From contig MGFH01000157.1 of the NCBI GenBank assembly GCA_001791795.1, positions 383 through 64,382 of the forward strand: a stretch of DNA of 64,000 nucleotides. The letters run 5' to 3'. This stretch comes from Candidatus Wallbacteria bacterium GWC2_49_35. GTDB lineage: Bacteria; Muiribacteriota; UBA9980. Of this stretch, positions 1 through 9,817 are shown piece by piece. Numbering within the stretch: position 1 is the first letter of the stretch; every line of letters begins with the position of its first letter. Position numbers and translations under genes: made by a program. A model generated the notes under the pieces. That model searched no databases. It was given only the letters and a program-made list of their open reading frames with translations, and had not been told where the DNA came from.

Positions 1-2
1 CC

Positions 3-1970
3 GGCGATATCTGGCATATACACATTATAGGCCTTGATTTCAGCTTACTCTGCTACGCCTATAGGTTCAGCGGCGAGTACTCGCCTGAAAAGACGGGCGA
101 CCGTTTCAACCGCAACAAACTTTTGATCGACCCTTATGCGAGGGCTCTGGTCAGTTTTGATAACCGCTGGCATTTCGACGCAGCCTACGGATACGACAAG
201 GCGCAGAAAAAAGACGTCGACCTTTATCCATCACCGGTCGATAATTCCGGTCCCGGAATGAAATGCGTCCTGGTCGACGATTCTCATTACGACTGGCAGG
301 ACGACCATCATCCGCGTATCCCCCTGAATAAAACCATCATTTATGAAACCCACGCCCGCGGCACGACGATGCACCAGTCTTCGCGGGTCGCTTCACGCGG
401 TACTTTCGCCGGTATCGCTGAAAAAATACCATATTTCAGGGAACTCGGCATTACGGCCATAGAGTTCCTGCCGGTGCATGAATTCAACGAGGACGAGATA
501 ATCCGCGTCAATCCGAAAACCGGCGAGCGCCTTAAAAATTACTGGGGCTATAATTCCCTGTCTTTTTTCGCGCTGAACTCACTGTATTCATCTTCTAAAG
601 AACCCGGCGGGGTAGTCGTGGAATTTAAGGACATGGTCAGACAGCTGCACTACGCGGACATCGAGGTCATTCTCGACGTGGTGTACAACCATACGGGCGA
701 GGGTAACGAAGTCGGCCCCAGCGTGGCTTTCCGGGGCATAGATAACCGCCTTTACTACCATCTCGACGCTAACAGGTTCTATAAGAATTATTCCGGATGC
801 GGCAATACCCTTAACTGCAACCACTCCGCGGTCAAGCAGATGATACTTGACAGCCTCCGTTATTTCGTTTCCGAAATGCACGTCGACGGTTTTCGCTTCG
901 ATCTGGCCGCCATACTCGGCCGCGACGCCAGCGGCGCCTGGATCGGCGTAAACAGCCTTCTGCGCGACATCGAAGAAGACCCGATCCTTGCCGGCACCAA
1001 ACTTATCGCCGAAGGCTGGGACGCCGCGGGCTGCTACAAGGTCGGCGAATTTCCTCCGGGCTGGGCCGAGTGGAACGGAAAATTCAGAGACGATATAAGG
1101 AGTTTCATGAAGGGCGACGATGGCTTCGTTTCGGCCCTGGCTACGCGCATCTGCGGAAGCCCCGATCTTTACGGCAACGGCCGCGCCCCCTACCACAGCA
1201 TCAATTTCATCACTTCTCACGACGGTTTTACCCTCAGGGACCTGGTCACCTACAACAATAAAAACAATTTTGAGAACGGCGAATACAACGCCGACGGGAC
1301 CGATGACAACCGCAGCTATAATTACGGCGCGGAAGGCGAAACGGGCGATATAGAAATAAACCGCACCCGTATCCGGCAGGCGAAAAATTTTGTGACGCTT
1401 CTGATGATATCGCAGGGAACGCCCATGATACTCGGCGGCGACGAGTTTTACCGGACCCAGAGGGGCAACAATAACTGCTACTGTCAGGACAACAAACTTT
1501 CATGGTTCGACTGGGATTTTATCGAAAAATATCGTGAGGTCTTCGACTATTTCAAAAAAATAATCGCGTTCAGAAGGGAAAATCCTATATTCTGTCTTGA
1601 AACTTTCCTTAATAAAAGCGACGCCCACAACCCCGAGATTTCGGCGAAATTTATCGACTGGCACGGCGTTAAATTGAATCAGCCCGACTGGTCGAACATT
1701 TCGCATTCGCTGGCGTTCACGATCAACGGGCTTTCAAAGATCACTTCGATCAAAAATTACGATAAAAGGTTTTACATCGCCATCAACGCGTTTTCGCAGC
1801 CGCTCATTTTCGAACTGCCTCCCGCGCGCCCTAAAATGCACTGGCGCCTCAAGGCCGATACCTTCGAAAAAAGCGGAAAGGACATATTCGCGGACGACGA
1901 AATGCCGGCGCGCGTCGAAGGCAGCATTAAAGTGCGCCCCCGCTCTATCGTCATATTGGCGGAAAAATAA
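3..1970 (+). CDS. glgX: glycogen debranching enzyme (GH13, isoamylase type); N-terminus cut by window edge
   Basis: The frame is open from nt 3 (GDIWHIHIIGL...NRNKLLIDPYA precedes the ORF-track Met at 123). GH13 motifs present: NYWGYN, DVVYNHT, DGFRFDLA, AEGWD, FITSHDGFTL. Confidence 0.9.
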   Translation, partial: GDIWHIHIIGLDFSLLCYAYRFSGEYSPEKTGDRFNRNKLLIDPYARALVSFDNRWHFDAAYGYDKAQKKDVDLYPSPVDNSGPGMKCVLVDDSHYDWQDDHHPRIPLNKTIIYETHARGTTMHQSSRVASRGTFAGIAEKIPYFRELGITAIEFLPVHEFNEDEIIRVNPKTGERLKNYWGYNSLSFFALNSLYSSSKEPGGVVVEFKDMVRQLHYADIEVILDVVYNHTGEGNEVGPSVAFRGIDNRLYYHLDANRFYKNYSGCGNTLNCNHSAVKQMILDSLRYFVSEMHVDGFRFDLAAILGRDASGAWIGVNSLLRDIEEDPILAGTKLIAEGWDAAGCYKVGEFPPGWAEWNGKFRDDIRSFMKGDDGFVSALATRICGSPDLYGNGRAPYHSINFITSHDGFTLRDLVTYNNKNNFENGEYNADGTDDNRSYNYGAEGETGDIEINRTRIRQAKNFVTLLMISQGTPMILGGDEFYRTQRGNNNCYCQDNKLSWFDWDFIEKYREVFDYFKKIIAFRRENPIFCLETFLNKSDAHNPEISAKFIDWHGVKLNQPDWSNISHSLAFTINGLSKITSIKNYDKRFYIAINAFSQPLIFELPPARPKMHWRLKADTFEKSGKDIFADDEMPARVEGSIKVRPRSIVILAEK

Positions 1971-1987
1971 CGCAGGAGAAAGTAAAA

Positions 1988-4900
1988 GTGCCTTTATACA
2001 ACCGCGTGTTATTTGCCATATCGGTTTTAATATCAGCGCTCGTCATTTTAAACGGCTGCGGCGGCGGGGGCGGAGGAGGAAGCTCCGCTTCGGCGCCCGG
2101 CGTGAACTATGAAAGTTTTTTTTACTTCGAGGGCGCGATTCCGCAGGCCCACCAGAGCGGTTCGCCGGCCGGCGCCCCCGCGATGCGGGCGTCGGATTTC
2201 ACTTCCGGCAGATACTCTCTGGTAGCGACCGACCGTTATCTCAACAACGAACTTGTAGCGGCGGCCATCTCGGACGATAAATTTTCGCTCCGCTTCGCGC
2301 CGGCCGAAAAAGATTCGTTCATAATGCTCACCGTCAAAGAAAATTCGACAGGCCGTTTTTTATACCGCAACCTCATCGGCCGGATCCCGAAATACTCTGA
2401 AATTCCTTCGGGTTTGAAGAGCGTAAGCGTAAAAAATATAGAAATAAACGATTTCTCGACGGCGCTAGCACTTTTTTCCACCGAGAAGAATATCGCCCCC
2501 CCGGCTTTTATAGATCTCAGCGTCTACAGCGGCGAAACGGTCATCACGAAAAATTACGACGAAATAAAAAATATATCGCAAGCCATGATAGTGAACGGTT
2601 CAGGGGGACTTCTCAACGTTGCCGAACTCGCGAAGTCCGCCAGAACCGTTATTTACGTCTTGAGCGCCGATGCGCTCGATGCGTCCGTTAAAAACGTGAT
2701 CCTTCCTCCGCCGAGAAATTTCATCGAGGCGAGCGAAGCGCTGAGATCGTTCGTTTACGCCGCGGGTTCTGCCGCTGCTCTGGCGGAAATAAAATCGAAA
2801 GGGCTCGCCGAATCGGTCGTCATAAATAAAACGGCCGTCGATTCGAATACGGCCCCCGAGAGCATTAAATCCATTATCGACGGCATCGTGCCTCTCGAAA
2901 AGGTCGCCGACCCCGTATTGACTCCCGCCGGCGGAACTTATGACAGGACGCTGGAGGTTTCCGTATCGTGCGCGACCGGGGGCGCGAAGATCTACTACAC
3001 GCTTGACGGCAAAACGCCGAATTCTTCGAGCGCTCTATATCAGTCTCCCATAGAGGTTTCCGGCACGCTGAAAATTTCGGCTATGGCCGTAAAAACCGAA
3101 ATGGTAGAGTCTGATATCGTTTCCGCTTCGTACACGCTCAATATAGTTGTTCCGCCCCAGACGGCCGCGGCCCCCGTTTTCGACCCGCCGCCCGGAACTT
3201 ACGCGCCCGGCGAGCGGATTAAGATGAGCACCGCCACGGCCGGAGCGGACATATATTACACGACCGGTTCCAGCCCGCCTGCGCCGGAAACGTCTATTCT
3301 ATACGGCGATACGAATCCCGTTACGCTTTCCGAAACGGCGTTCTTAAAGGCCGTCGCCGTAAAGCAGGGATTTATAAATTCCGAAATAACTTCCGGCACT
3401 TACGAGATCGTCGACGTTCCTCTCAAGGTCGCGACGCCTGTTTTCAGCATCACGCCCGGCGTGTACAACTCCACCCGCGAGGTCGCTCTAACCGTCGCGA
3501 CGCCTGGCGCTTCCATATATTACACGCTTGACGGAACCGAGCCGAATCTCAATTCCATTTTATACTCCGGGCCGCTGGTCGCCTGGAGGGCCGTCACTAT
3601 AAAAGCTTTTGCGGTTAAAAGCGGCTATGTGAATTCCGACGCCGTTTCCGGCACTTACGAAATACAGTTATCGACGACCGCAGCCTCCGCGCCGCGTTTC
3701 AATTATGAATCGGGCATTTACGATACCACACTGGAAGTGTTATTGACCTGCGACACTCCCGGCGCCGAAATTTTTTATACCCTCGACCACACCGTTCCGA
3801 CGCTTGAAAGTCCTAAATTCACAGGCACGATAGAAATCGCCATTACTACCACCATCAGAGCCGTCGCGATCGCCGCCGGATACGCCAATTCCGAAGACGC
3901 GTCGGCCGAATATACGATAAATCTTCACGACCAGGCGTCTATAACCAAGCCGGCGGGGTTGTTCTATTACTCGGTCGACAAGGTCATAAAGTGGAAACCG
4001 GTCACGCTCGAGGGCCGACAGATAGAATACGCCGTCAGGATCGACGGCAGCCTCATTCAGTATTACGTTCCGAAGCCCGAGTTTTCGGTCGCCATGTTCC
4101 TGACCGGCTGGCGGACCGTACAGGTACAGGCGAAGATCGCCGGAAGCTCTCATCCGCTCGATTTCGGTCCGCTTTCGGATATATTGCGTTTCAATATAAA
4201 GTCGGTTTCTACTTTGCCCCTGGTCCTGATCGTCGACATATTCATGAGTTCCGGCTATGTCAGCTGGTCCCCTTACGGCGAAGCGGGCGACATGTATAGT
4301 TACCGCGTCATGTTCGACGACGACATCGGCGGCATTTATATAACGAAGCCTGCCTGCTATGGCATTCCTCCGGGAATGGTCAAAGGAAGCCACAAACTAA
4401 GGGTGCAGACCGTTATGATCGATTCGTCCGACATACAGATAACGGTCCTCGACGAAGGCCCCTGGAGCGCCGAATATCTTTTCGAGCTCGAAGACGATAA
4501 CCGCCCCTACGAATCCATCCCGTATCCGGAGAATTTTGGTTACGAGCCTCTGGCCGACGAACTGAAATGGTCTCTGGCGCAGCCGGTGTCAAACTACGTT
4601 TACAAAATTTACGCCAATTACAGCCGGCCGGGCGGAAGCGTTTACACTAAAATACTCGATGTCGTTTCGACTGATTCGGTGGCCCTTGCCACGGTCAAAA
4701 GCAAACTGCCTTCGGATTCCTCGAACTGCATCCTGGAGGTAACCGCTTTCGACGGTTTCAATCAGAGTTTGAAATCTTCGCCTATATGGCTGCCGGTCGG
4801 CGAGCTTCCCGAGATCGCGAAAGTGGGCGGCCTCAAATTTAATCCGACATCTAAATTAATAAACTGGGACAGTGTTTACGCCGACGACCAGCCCTGCGTT

Positions 4901-5989
4901 TACAGGATCAAAATAGACGATGAGGCCAAGTACAATGTGCTCGGCAAGAACGAATACAACGCCGCGGCAGTTCCCAGCGGCACGCACGAAATTATGATCC
5001 AGGCGCTTTTGCAGAATTATAACCCCGAATTGAGCGGACCGTATTCAGATCCTCTCGAAATTTTCGTCGACACGAACGTTCCTCAGGTTTCCGGGCTCGC
5101 TTATGTTCATTCGCGCAAGATCGTCAGGTGGCTGCCGGTCGTCATAAGCGATCAGATATGCTATTACAGGGTCAAAGTGGACGGCACGGAACGCCCGGAC
5201 CTGTATATACGGCCTGAATTTTCCTCCGACTATCTTAGTCAGGGCACTCACGAGGTAGCCGTAAAGGCCGTTCTAGCCAATGTTACGCCGGAATTAACCG
5301 GACCGTATTCCGAGCTCTATGTTTTTGACACGCGCGTCGGTGAAGAGTCGAGCGAACTCGGGAAAATAACGCAGTTGAACTTCGACGCTTATAACAATAT
5401 CATAAGATGGCAACCGGTGCTGGTCGAAAAACTTCCGGTCGCGAGCTATATGGTCGAACTGGACGGGGTCATAATGTCGCACGCCGAAAATCGAAATTAC
5501 ACGACGAGCGCGAGTTACGGAATCAATGAAAACGTTTCTTCCGGTTCCCACACTTTAAGAGTAAAGCCGATTTTAGCGAATAAGGTCCCCCCAGTCGAAG
5601 GAGCGTTCTCCGAGATTTTCAATTTTTACGTACAGCGCACGGACGCGCTTTACAAAAAAATAAAAGAGCCGGCCAGCTCGCGTTTCGACGAAGACAACCA
5701 GACGCTTTCCTGGGACAAGGCCGTTACTTCGCTCGGCATTGCGTCGTACAACGTTATAGGGTATTTCAACACCGGCGCCAACGTTTCCGAACAGAGTTTT
5801 CCGATACAGGAAACGCGCCTGAATCTGGGCGTATTGAAATTCGACCCGAGGTTTTTGTCGATGCCTTCGGGAAAATACTCCATTGAGATACAGGGCGCCG
5901 TAATCGAGAACAGCAAGGCGAAAAGTCTTAAAACTCCAGCGCTTATACTTGAACTGACCGACGATCGAAAATGGCTGAATATTAAATAA
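1988..5989 (+). CDS. giant (1333 aa) predicted surface lipoprotein with tandem CHB_HEX_C-like and Fn3-like modules
   Basis: GTG start 8 nt after AGGAGA. N-terminus VLISALVILNGC is followed by GGGGGGG (lipobox-like Cys plus poly-Gly linker). Repeat content is described in the two repeat features below. Confidence 0.8.
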   Translation: MPLYNRVLFAISVLISALVILNGCGGGGGGGSSASAPGVNYESFFYFEGAIPQAHQSGSPAGAPAMRASDFTSGRYSLVATDRYLNNELVAAAISDDKFSLRFAPAEKDSFIMLTVKENSTGRFLYRNLIGRIPKYSEIPSGLKSVSVKNIEINDFSTALALFSTEKNIAPPAFIDLSVYSGETVITKNYDEIKNISQAMIVNGSGGLLNVAELAKSARTVIYVLSADALDASVKNVILPPPRNFIEASEALRSFVYAAGSAAALAEIKSKGLAESVVINKTAVDSNTAPESIKSIIDGIVPLEKVADPVLTPAGGTYDRTLEVSVSCATGGAKIYYTLDGKTPNSSSALYQSPIEVSGTLKISAMAVKTEMVESDIVSASYTLNIVVPPQTAAAPVFDPPPGTYAPGERIKMSTATAGADIYYTTGSSPPAPETSILYGDTNPVTLSETAFLKAVAVKQGFINSEITSGTYEIVDVPLKVATPVFSITPGVYNSTREVALTVATPGASIYYTLDGTEPNLNSILYSGPLVAWRAVTIKAFAVKSGYVNSDAVSGTYEIQLSTTAASAPRFNYESGIYDTTLEVLLTCDTPGAEIFYTLDHTVPTLESPKFTGTIEIAITTTIRAVAIAAGYANSEDASAEYTINLHDQASITKPAGLFYYSVDKVIKWKPVTLEGRQIEYAVRIDGSLIQYYVPKPEFSVAMFLTGWRTVQVQAKIAGSSHPLDFGPLSDILRFNIKSVSTLPLVLIVDIFMSSGYVSWSPYGEAGDMYSYRVMFDDDIGGIYITKPACYGIPPGMVKGSHKLRVQTVMIDSSDIQITVLDEGPWSAEYLFELEDDNRPYESIPYPENFGYEPLADELKWSLAQPVSNYVYKIYANYSRPGGSVYTKILDVVSTDSVALATVKSKLPSDSSNCILEVTAFDGFNQSLKSSPIWLPVGELPEIAKVGGLKFNPTSKLINWDSVYADDQPCVYRIKIDDEAKYNVLGKNEYNAAAVPSGTHEIMIQALLQNYNPELSGPYSDPLEIFVDTNVPQVSGLAYVHSRKIVRWLPVVISDQICYYRVKVDGTERPDLYIRPEFSSDYLSQGTHEVAVKAVLANVTPELTGPYSELYVFDTRVGEESSELGKITQLNFDAYNNIIRWQPVLVEKLPVASYMVELDGVIMSHAENRNYTTSASYGINENVSSGSHTLRVKPILANKVPPVEGAFSEIFNFYVQRTDALYKKIKEPASSRFDEDNQTLSWDKAVTSLGIASYNVIGYFNTGANVSEQSFPIQETRLNLGVLKFDPRFLSMPSGKYSIEIQGAVIENSKAKSLKTPALILELTDDRKWLNIK
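2903..3925 (+). repeat. four tandem ~85-aa coding repeats (chitobiase/hexosaminidase C-terminal-like modules)
   Basis: Four consecutive units carry the same motif. Examples: P.GGTY...LEVS..C.T.GA.IYYTLDG..P; PPGTYAPGE...GADIYYT; TPGVYNSTREV...GASIYYTLDGTEP; ESGIYDTTLEV...GAEIFYTLDHTVP. Each unit ends in ..S..SG/A.Y(T/E)I. Confidence 0.75.
3941..5986 (+). repeat. about seven diverged ~95-aa Fn3-like coding modules
   Basis: A recurring pattern (I/V)(K/R/S/N)W.PV....(Y)Y.V..DG ... G.H...V.A is seen by eye. Examples: VIKWKPVTLEGRQIEYAVRIDG, LINWDSVYADDQPCVYRIKIDD, IVRWLPVVISDQICYYRVKVDG, IIRWQPVLVEKLPVASYMVELDG. Module boundaries are approximate. Confidence 0.5.
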
Positions 5990-6002
5990 AAAGGTGATTT
6001 GA

Positions 6003-7664
6003 GTGAACATTACCATAGTGAACAGCAACAGGGAATTCAACACCGTCGAACTCGATGAAACCAAAGAGTACACTCTGGGCCGCAGTCCCGAATGCTCCGT
6101 CATGGTAAAATCCACTATCGCATCAAGGCTTCACGCCAGGCTTTTTTTCCGGGACGGCTCTTGGCGGGTTTCCGACAACCAGTCGACGAACGGCACATGG
6201 CTCAACGGAAAAAAGATCAGAGAAAGCGCCATAGCCAACTACGACGTCGTCAGGATCGGCGACGTGCTGGTTGAATTCAACGACGAGGAACTTCTGCAGT
6301 CGATAATCGTCAACAAAAGCGAGATCAGCGAATACACCAGCGAGAAGGCGGCGGCACAGAATCTCGTTCTGAACGAATTTTCCGTTAAAGTGGGCGAACT
6401 TCTTAAGGACTTCAACGAAAAAACTAACGAACGCAACTTCCGCGAGGAGACCGCCAGGTTTCAGACCAGACTTACCGAGATGGTGAACTCCTACGCCAGC
6501 GACAACGCCCGGATCAACTCTGAAATGAAAATACTTTTCGAACTTACGAAATCCATCTCTGAAATACTCAACCTCAAGCAGCTTCTTAATATAGCACTCG
6601 ACCTGGTACACCAGATAAAAAAAGTGGACAGAGGCCTGGTCCTGCTTTACGAAAAAAAGTCGGACAGATTCGTTCCCTACGTGGCGCGCAAGATGAGTTT
6701 GAGCGACCTCAAGGTCGACGAAAACCTGGTGTCGAAATCGATACTCGCCTACATGAAAAATAACCCCGGTCCGGTCCTTATCAAAAACAGCCTCATGGAC
6801 GAGCGTTTCGCATCCGCGGAAAGCGTGGTGGCCCTGAGTGCGAAGTCGATATTGTGCATACCCCTGGTCTCGCAGCAGGGCCTGCAGGGGTCGTTTTATC
6901 TTGAAAAAGACGCGGCGCAGCCGTTCGACGAATCGGACGCCGAATTTCTGAAAAACTTTGCCAGCGCCGTTTCCGTGGCCGTTGAAAATACCAAGCTTAT
7001 AATGGCGATCAAGCGCGAAAGAAGCATCCGCAACAATATGGAGCGCTACCTTTCACCGAACCTTATCGACCAGCTCACGCAGACTTCCGGCGAACTCAAA
7101 CTCGACGGAGAAAAGCGCGAGATCAGCGTCATGTTCGCCGACATCAAGAATTTCACTAAAATGTCCGAGCAGCTCAAGGTTGAGGAAGTCTTTTCGATGC
7201 TTAACAAAACATTTTCGGAGATCACGCAGATAATATTCAAGCACGACGGCACGCTCGATAAATTTATAGGAGACGCCGTGATGGCTTTCTTCGGCGCTCC
7301 CATGAAACACGACGACGATCCCGTGCGTTCGGTCATGACCGCCGTCGAGATCATAGAAACGGTCAAACGAATGGCTGACGAATACAGGAGCGAATTCGGC
7401 GTGGAAGTGAGTTTCAGCATTGGCATCAATACGGGCGAAGCCATAGTCGGAAACGTCGGCTCGCTCGACCGTATGGAATATACCGCGATAGGCGACACGG
7501 TTAATCTGGCCGCGCGCCTTCAGGCGAAGGCCGGCTACAATGAAATAGTCATAAACGAAAGCGTTTATAACCTGGTGAAAGACAGGTTTCGTTGCGAGCC
7601 GCTTCCGCCTTTTTTCGTAAAGGGAAAAGAGCAGGCCATAAACGCTTACTTGATTATAATATAA
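6003..7664 (+). CDS. FHA - GAF - class III nucleotidyl (adenylate-type) cyclase
   Basis: GTG start after AAAGGTGA. FHA signature: YTLGRSPECSVMV...SRLHARLFF...STNGTWLNGKKI. Central GAF-like region. Cyclase core: ISVMFADIKNFT, LDKFIGDAVMAFFGAP, GINTGEAIVGNVGS, YTAIGDTVNLAARLQ. Confidence 0.85.
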   Translation: MNITIVNSNREFNTVELDETKEYTLGRSPECSVMVKSTIASRLHARLFFRDGSWRVSDNQSTNGTWLNGKKIRESAIANYDVVRIGDVLVEFNDEELLQSIIVNKSEISEYTSEKAAAQNLVLNEFSVKVGELLKDFNEKTNERNFREETARFQTRLTEMVNSYASDNARINSEMKILFELTKSISEILNLKQLLNIALDLVHQIKKVDRGLVLLYEKKSDRFVPYVARKMSLSDLKVDENLVSKSILAYMKNNPGPVLIKNSLMDERFASAESVVALSAKSILCIPLVSQQGLQGSFYLEKDAAQPFDESDAEFLKNFASAVSVAVENTKLIMAIKRERSIRNNMERYLSPNLIDQLTQTSGELKLDGEKREISVMFADIKNFTKMSEQLKVEEVFSMLNKTFSEITQIIFKHDGTLDKFIGDAVMAFFGAPMKHDDDPVRSVMTAVEIIETVKRMADEYRSEFGVEVSFSIGINTGEAIVGNVGSLDRMEYTAIGDTVNLAARLQAKAGYNEIVINESVYNLVKDRFRCEPLPPFFVKGKEQAINAYLIII

Positions 7665-7688
7665 ATTAAATTTTAAAGCGGGTGAGTT

Positions 7689-8909
7689 ATGCCGTTATAT
7701 GAATACAAGGCCTCCGATCGTGAAAACAAGGTGCAGACTTCGTTCGCCGAGGCGGCGAGCGAAGAGGCGCTGATCGACTCCCTGATCGAAAAGGGCCTTT
7801 ATGTAGTGGAAATCCGCGAAGTGAAGAAGAAGATAAAGCCTTACTTTACTCTTTTCGGCGCCATGTTCGGAAGGATCTCGCAGAAGGAGATCACTTATTT
7901 TTACATACAGCTTTCTACGCTGATATCGGCTGGCGTCACGCTCATCGAAAGCCTTGAATCGCTTGTCGATCAGACGCAGAATCCGCATTTGAAAAGCGTT
8001 ATCGTCGATATCAAGACCCGCATCGCGACGGGTCAGACTTTTTTTGAAGCCGTTTCACGCCATCCGCAGGTTTTCGACGACGTCGCCGCCAATATGATAA
8101 AGGCCGGTGAAACCGGCGCGGGGCTTGACGAAGTTCTGGAGCGCATCGCCAAATTTTCCGAGCGCGACACCAAAATCCGCTCCAAGGTCAAGTCGGCCAT
8201 GATATATCCGCTGACGCTCAGCGCGATCGCCGCGAGCGTCATATTTTTTCTGGTAGCTTACGTCTTTCCGAAATTCACCAAGGTCTTCGCGAAATCAAAA
8301 GCGGCGCTTCCGGCGCCTACCGTACTGCTCATGAAGGCCAGCGAATTCATGCAGAACCATTATCTTCTGATAATTACCGCCATTATTGCTTCCGTTTTCG
8401 CTTTCAGGTGGCTTATCAATACTAACGAAAGAGCGAGGGCGTCATACGATTCGTTTCTTCTCAAAATGCCTATATTCGGCGACCTTATATCGAAGGCAAC
8501 GGTCGCCAGGTTTATAAGGACGCTCGCAACTCTTCTCAACAGCGGCGTTCCGATAATAAGGAGCCTCGAGGTCTGCGAAAATATAGTTGAAAACACCGTG
8601 CTTAAAAGGGTAGTGATGTCACTCAAAGGCGGCGTTTCGCAAGGTCTTACTCTTTACGACATCCTGAAGGGTAAGCAGGAGTTCCCGGCTATCGTTACCA
8701 AAATGATCCAGACCGGCGAAAAAACAGGAACGCTGCCGAAACTGCTTATAAAGGCTTCAGATTTCTTCGAATACGAGGTCGAAATATCCATCGACGGAAT
8801 AATATCGCTTATAGAGCCCGCGCTGATAATTACCATGGGTCTTTTTATAGGCTTTATTTCCATCGCGATGTTCCTGCCGATATTCGATCTCACCACGGCG
8901 ATAAAATAG
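7689..8909 (+). CDS. pilC: type IV pilus / type II secretion platform protein (GspF/PilC family), orphan copy
   Basis: 406 aa with a duplicated T2SSF architecture. Motifs: MIKAGETGAGLDEVLERIA and MIQTGEKTGTLPKLL. Three hydrophobic segments. Start lies 24 nt after the cyclase stop, with GGGTGAG upstream. Confidence 0.85.
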   Translation: MPLYEYKASDRENKVQTSFAEAASEEALIDSLIEKGLYVVEIREVKKKIKPYFTLFGAMFGRISQKEITYFYIQLSTLISAGVTLIESLESLVDQTQNPHLKSVIVDIKTRIATGQTFFEAVSRHPQVFDDVAANMIKAGETGAGLDEVLERIAKFSERDTKIRSKVKSAMIYPLTLSAIAASVIFFLVAYVFPKFTKVFAKSKAALPAPTVLLMKASEFMQNHYLLIITAIIASVFAFRWLINTNERARASYDSFLLKMPIFGDLISKATVARFIRTLATLLNSGVPIIRSLEVCENIVENTVLKRVVMSLKGGVSQGLTLYDILKGKQEFPAIVTKMIQTGEKTGTLPKLLIKASDFFEYEVEISIDGIISLIEPALIITMGLFIGFISIAMFLPIFDLTTAIK

Positions 8910-8943
8910 AGTGAAATCTTCTCCGGGAGAGTTTTTATTTGCT

Positions 8944-8972
8944 TTGACAACGGTTGGAATTTATTTTATAAT
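8944..8972 (+). promoter_or_regulatory. consensus sigma70-type promoter
   Basis: TTGACA (8944-8949), 17-nt spacer, TATAAT (8967-8972), about 30 nt upstream of the 9003 start. Confidence 0.6.
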
Positions 8973-9002
8973 TCAGTCGGTACGGAAAGGAAAGGATAAA
9001 TA

Positions 9003-9803
9003 ATGAAATCAGCTAAAGAAGTGTCGCTTGACGCGAAAATACTCGGCATGGTGTCGGGCAGGGTGCATAAGGCGGCGGAGATAATAGTCGCCGACGACGA
9101 GTTACAACAGCTGCAGGACTACGCGAACGCGGTTTCTATAAAAAGGCTCGAATTCAACGATCACGGTCCCGTTCATATGCGCAAGGTAGCCATTAATGCC
9201 CTCAAAATGCTCTCTCTTTTGAAAGATGCGGGCATAATCCTCAACGTGGAAAAAGACGCCGGCGGCGATTTCGAAGACAGCATGATAGTGGTCCTGATAG
9301 CGGGGTTCATACACGATATCGGCATGAGCATCGGCCGCGAGAACCACGAGCAGATGGGCGCTTTACTCGCCGGAAATATCCTGGACCGCATTTTAGGGCA
9401 GATCTACCCTGATGACATGCGTAAAAAAGTGGTGGCAAAAGCGATGATAACCGAATGCGTCGTCGGGCACATGGCCACGCAGAAGGTTTATTCTCTCGAA
9501 GCCGGCGTGATACTCGTGGCCGACGGCTGCGACATGGAAAAAGGACGCGCCCGGATACCAATGATGCTTCATCCCGACGCGAAGGTCGGCGATATCCATA
9601 AATACTCATCGGCGGCGGTCGAAACGGTTAAAATAAGCAGGGGCGAGAGCCGGCCGGTCAGGATCACCGTTGAAATGAAAGAATCCGTGGGGTTTTTCCA
9701 GATCGAGGAGGTCCTTTTCAGAAAGATCAACTCGAGCTCCATAAAGCCTTATATAGAACTTTATGCCGGCGTCATCGGCCAGGAAATGAAATGCTATCTG
9801 TGA
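9003..9803 (+). CDS. HD-domain metal-dependent phosphohydrolase
   Basis: H...HD pattern: NDHGPVHMRKV and LIAGFIHDIGMSIGRENHE. 266 aa with its own promoter. Confidence 0.6.
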   Translation: MKSAKEVSLDAKILGMVSGRVHKAAEIIVADDELQQLQDYANAVSIKRLEFNDHGPVHMRKVAINALKMLSLLKDAGIILNVEKDAGGDFEDSMIVVLIAGFIHDIGMSIGRENHEQMGALLAGNILDRILGQIYPDDMRKKVVAKAMITECVVGHMATQKVYSLEAGVILVADGCDMEKGRARIPMMLHPDAKVGDIHKYSSAAVETVKISRGESRPVRITVEMKESVGFFQIEEVLFRKINSSSIKPYIELYAGVIGQEMKCYL

Positions 9804-9817
9804 GCTGGAGGGCTTGA

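Noticed and set aside
588-6115. Minus-strand ORFs 588-1220, 3740-4393 and 5573-6115, plus assorted small ORFs
   Set aside because: They are antisense to glgX and the giant lipoprotein gene. Their products are Arg-rich and low in complexity, with no start context.
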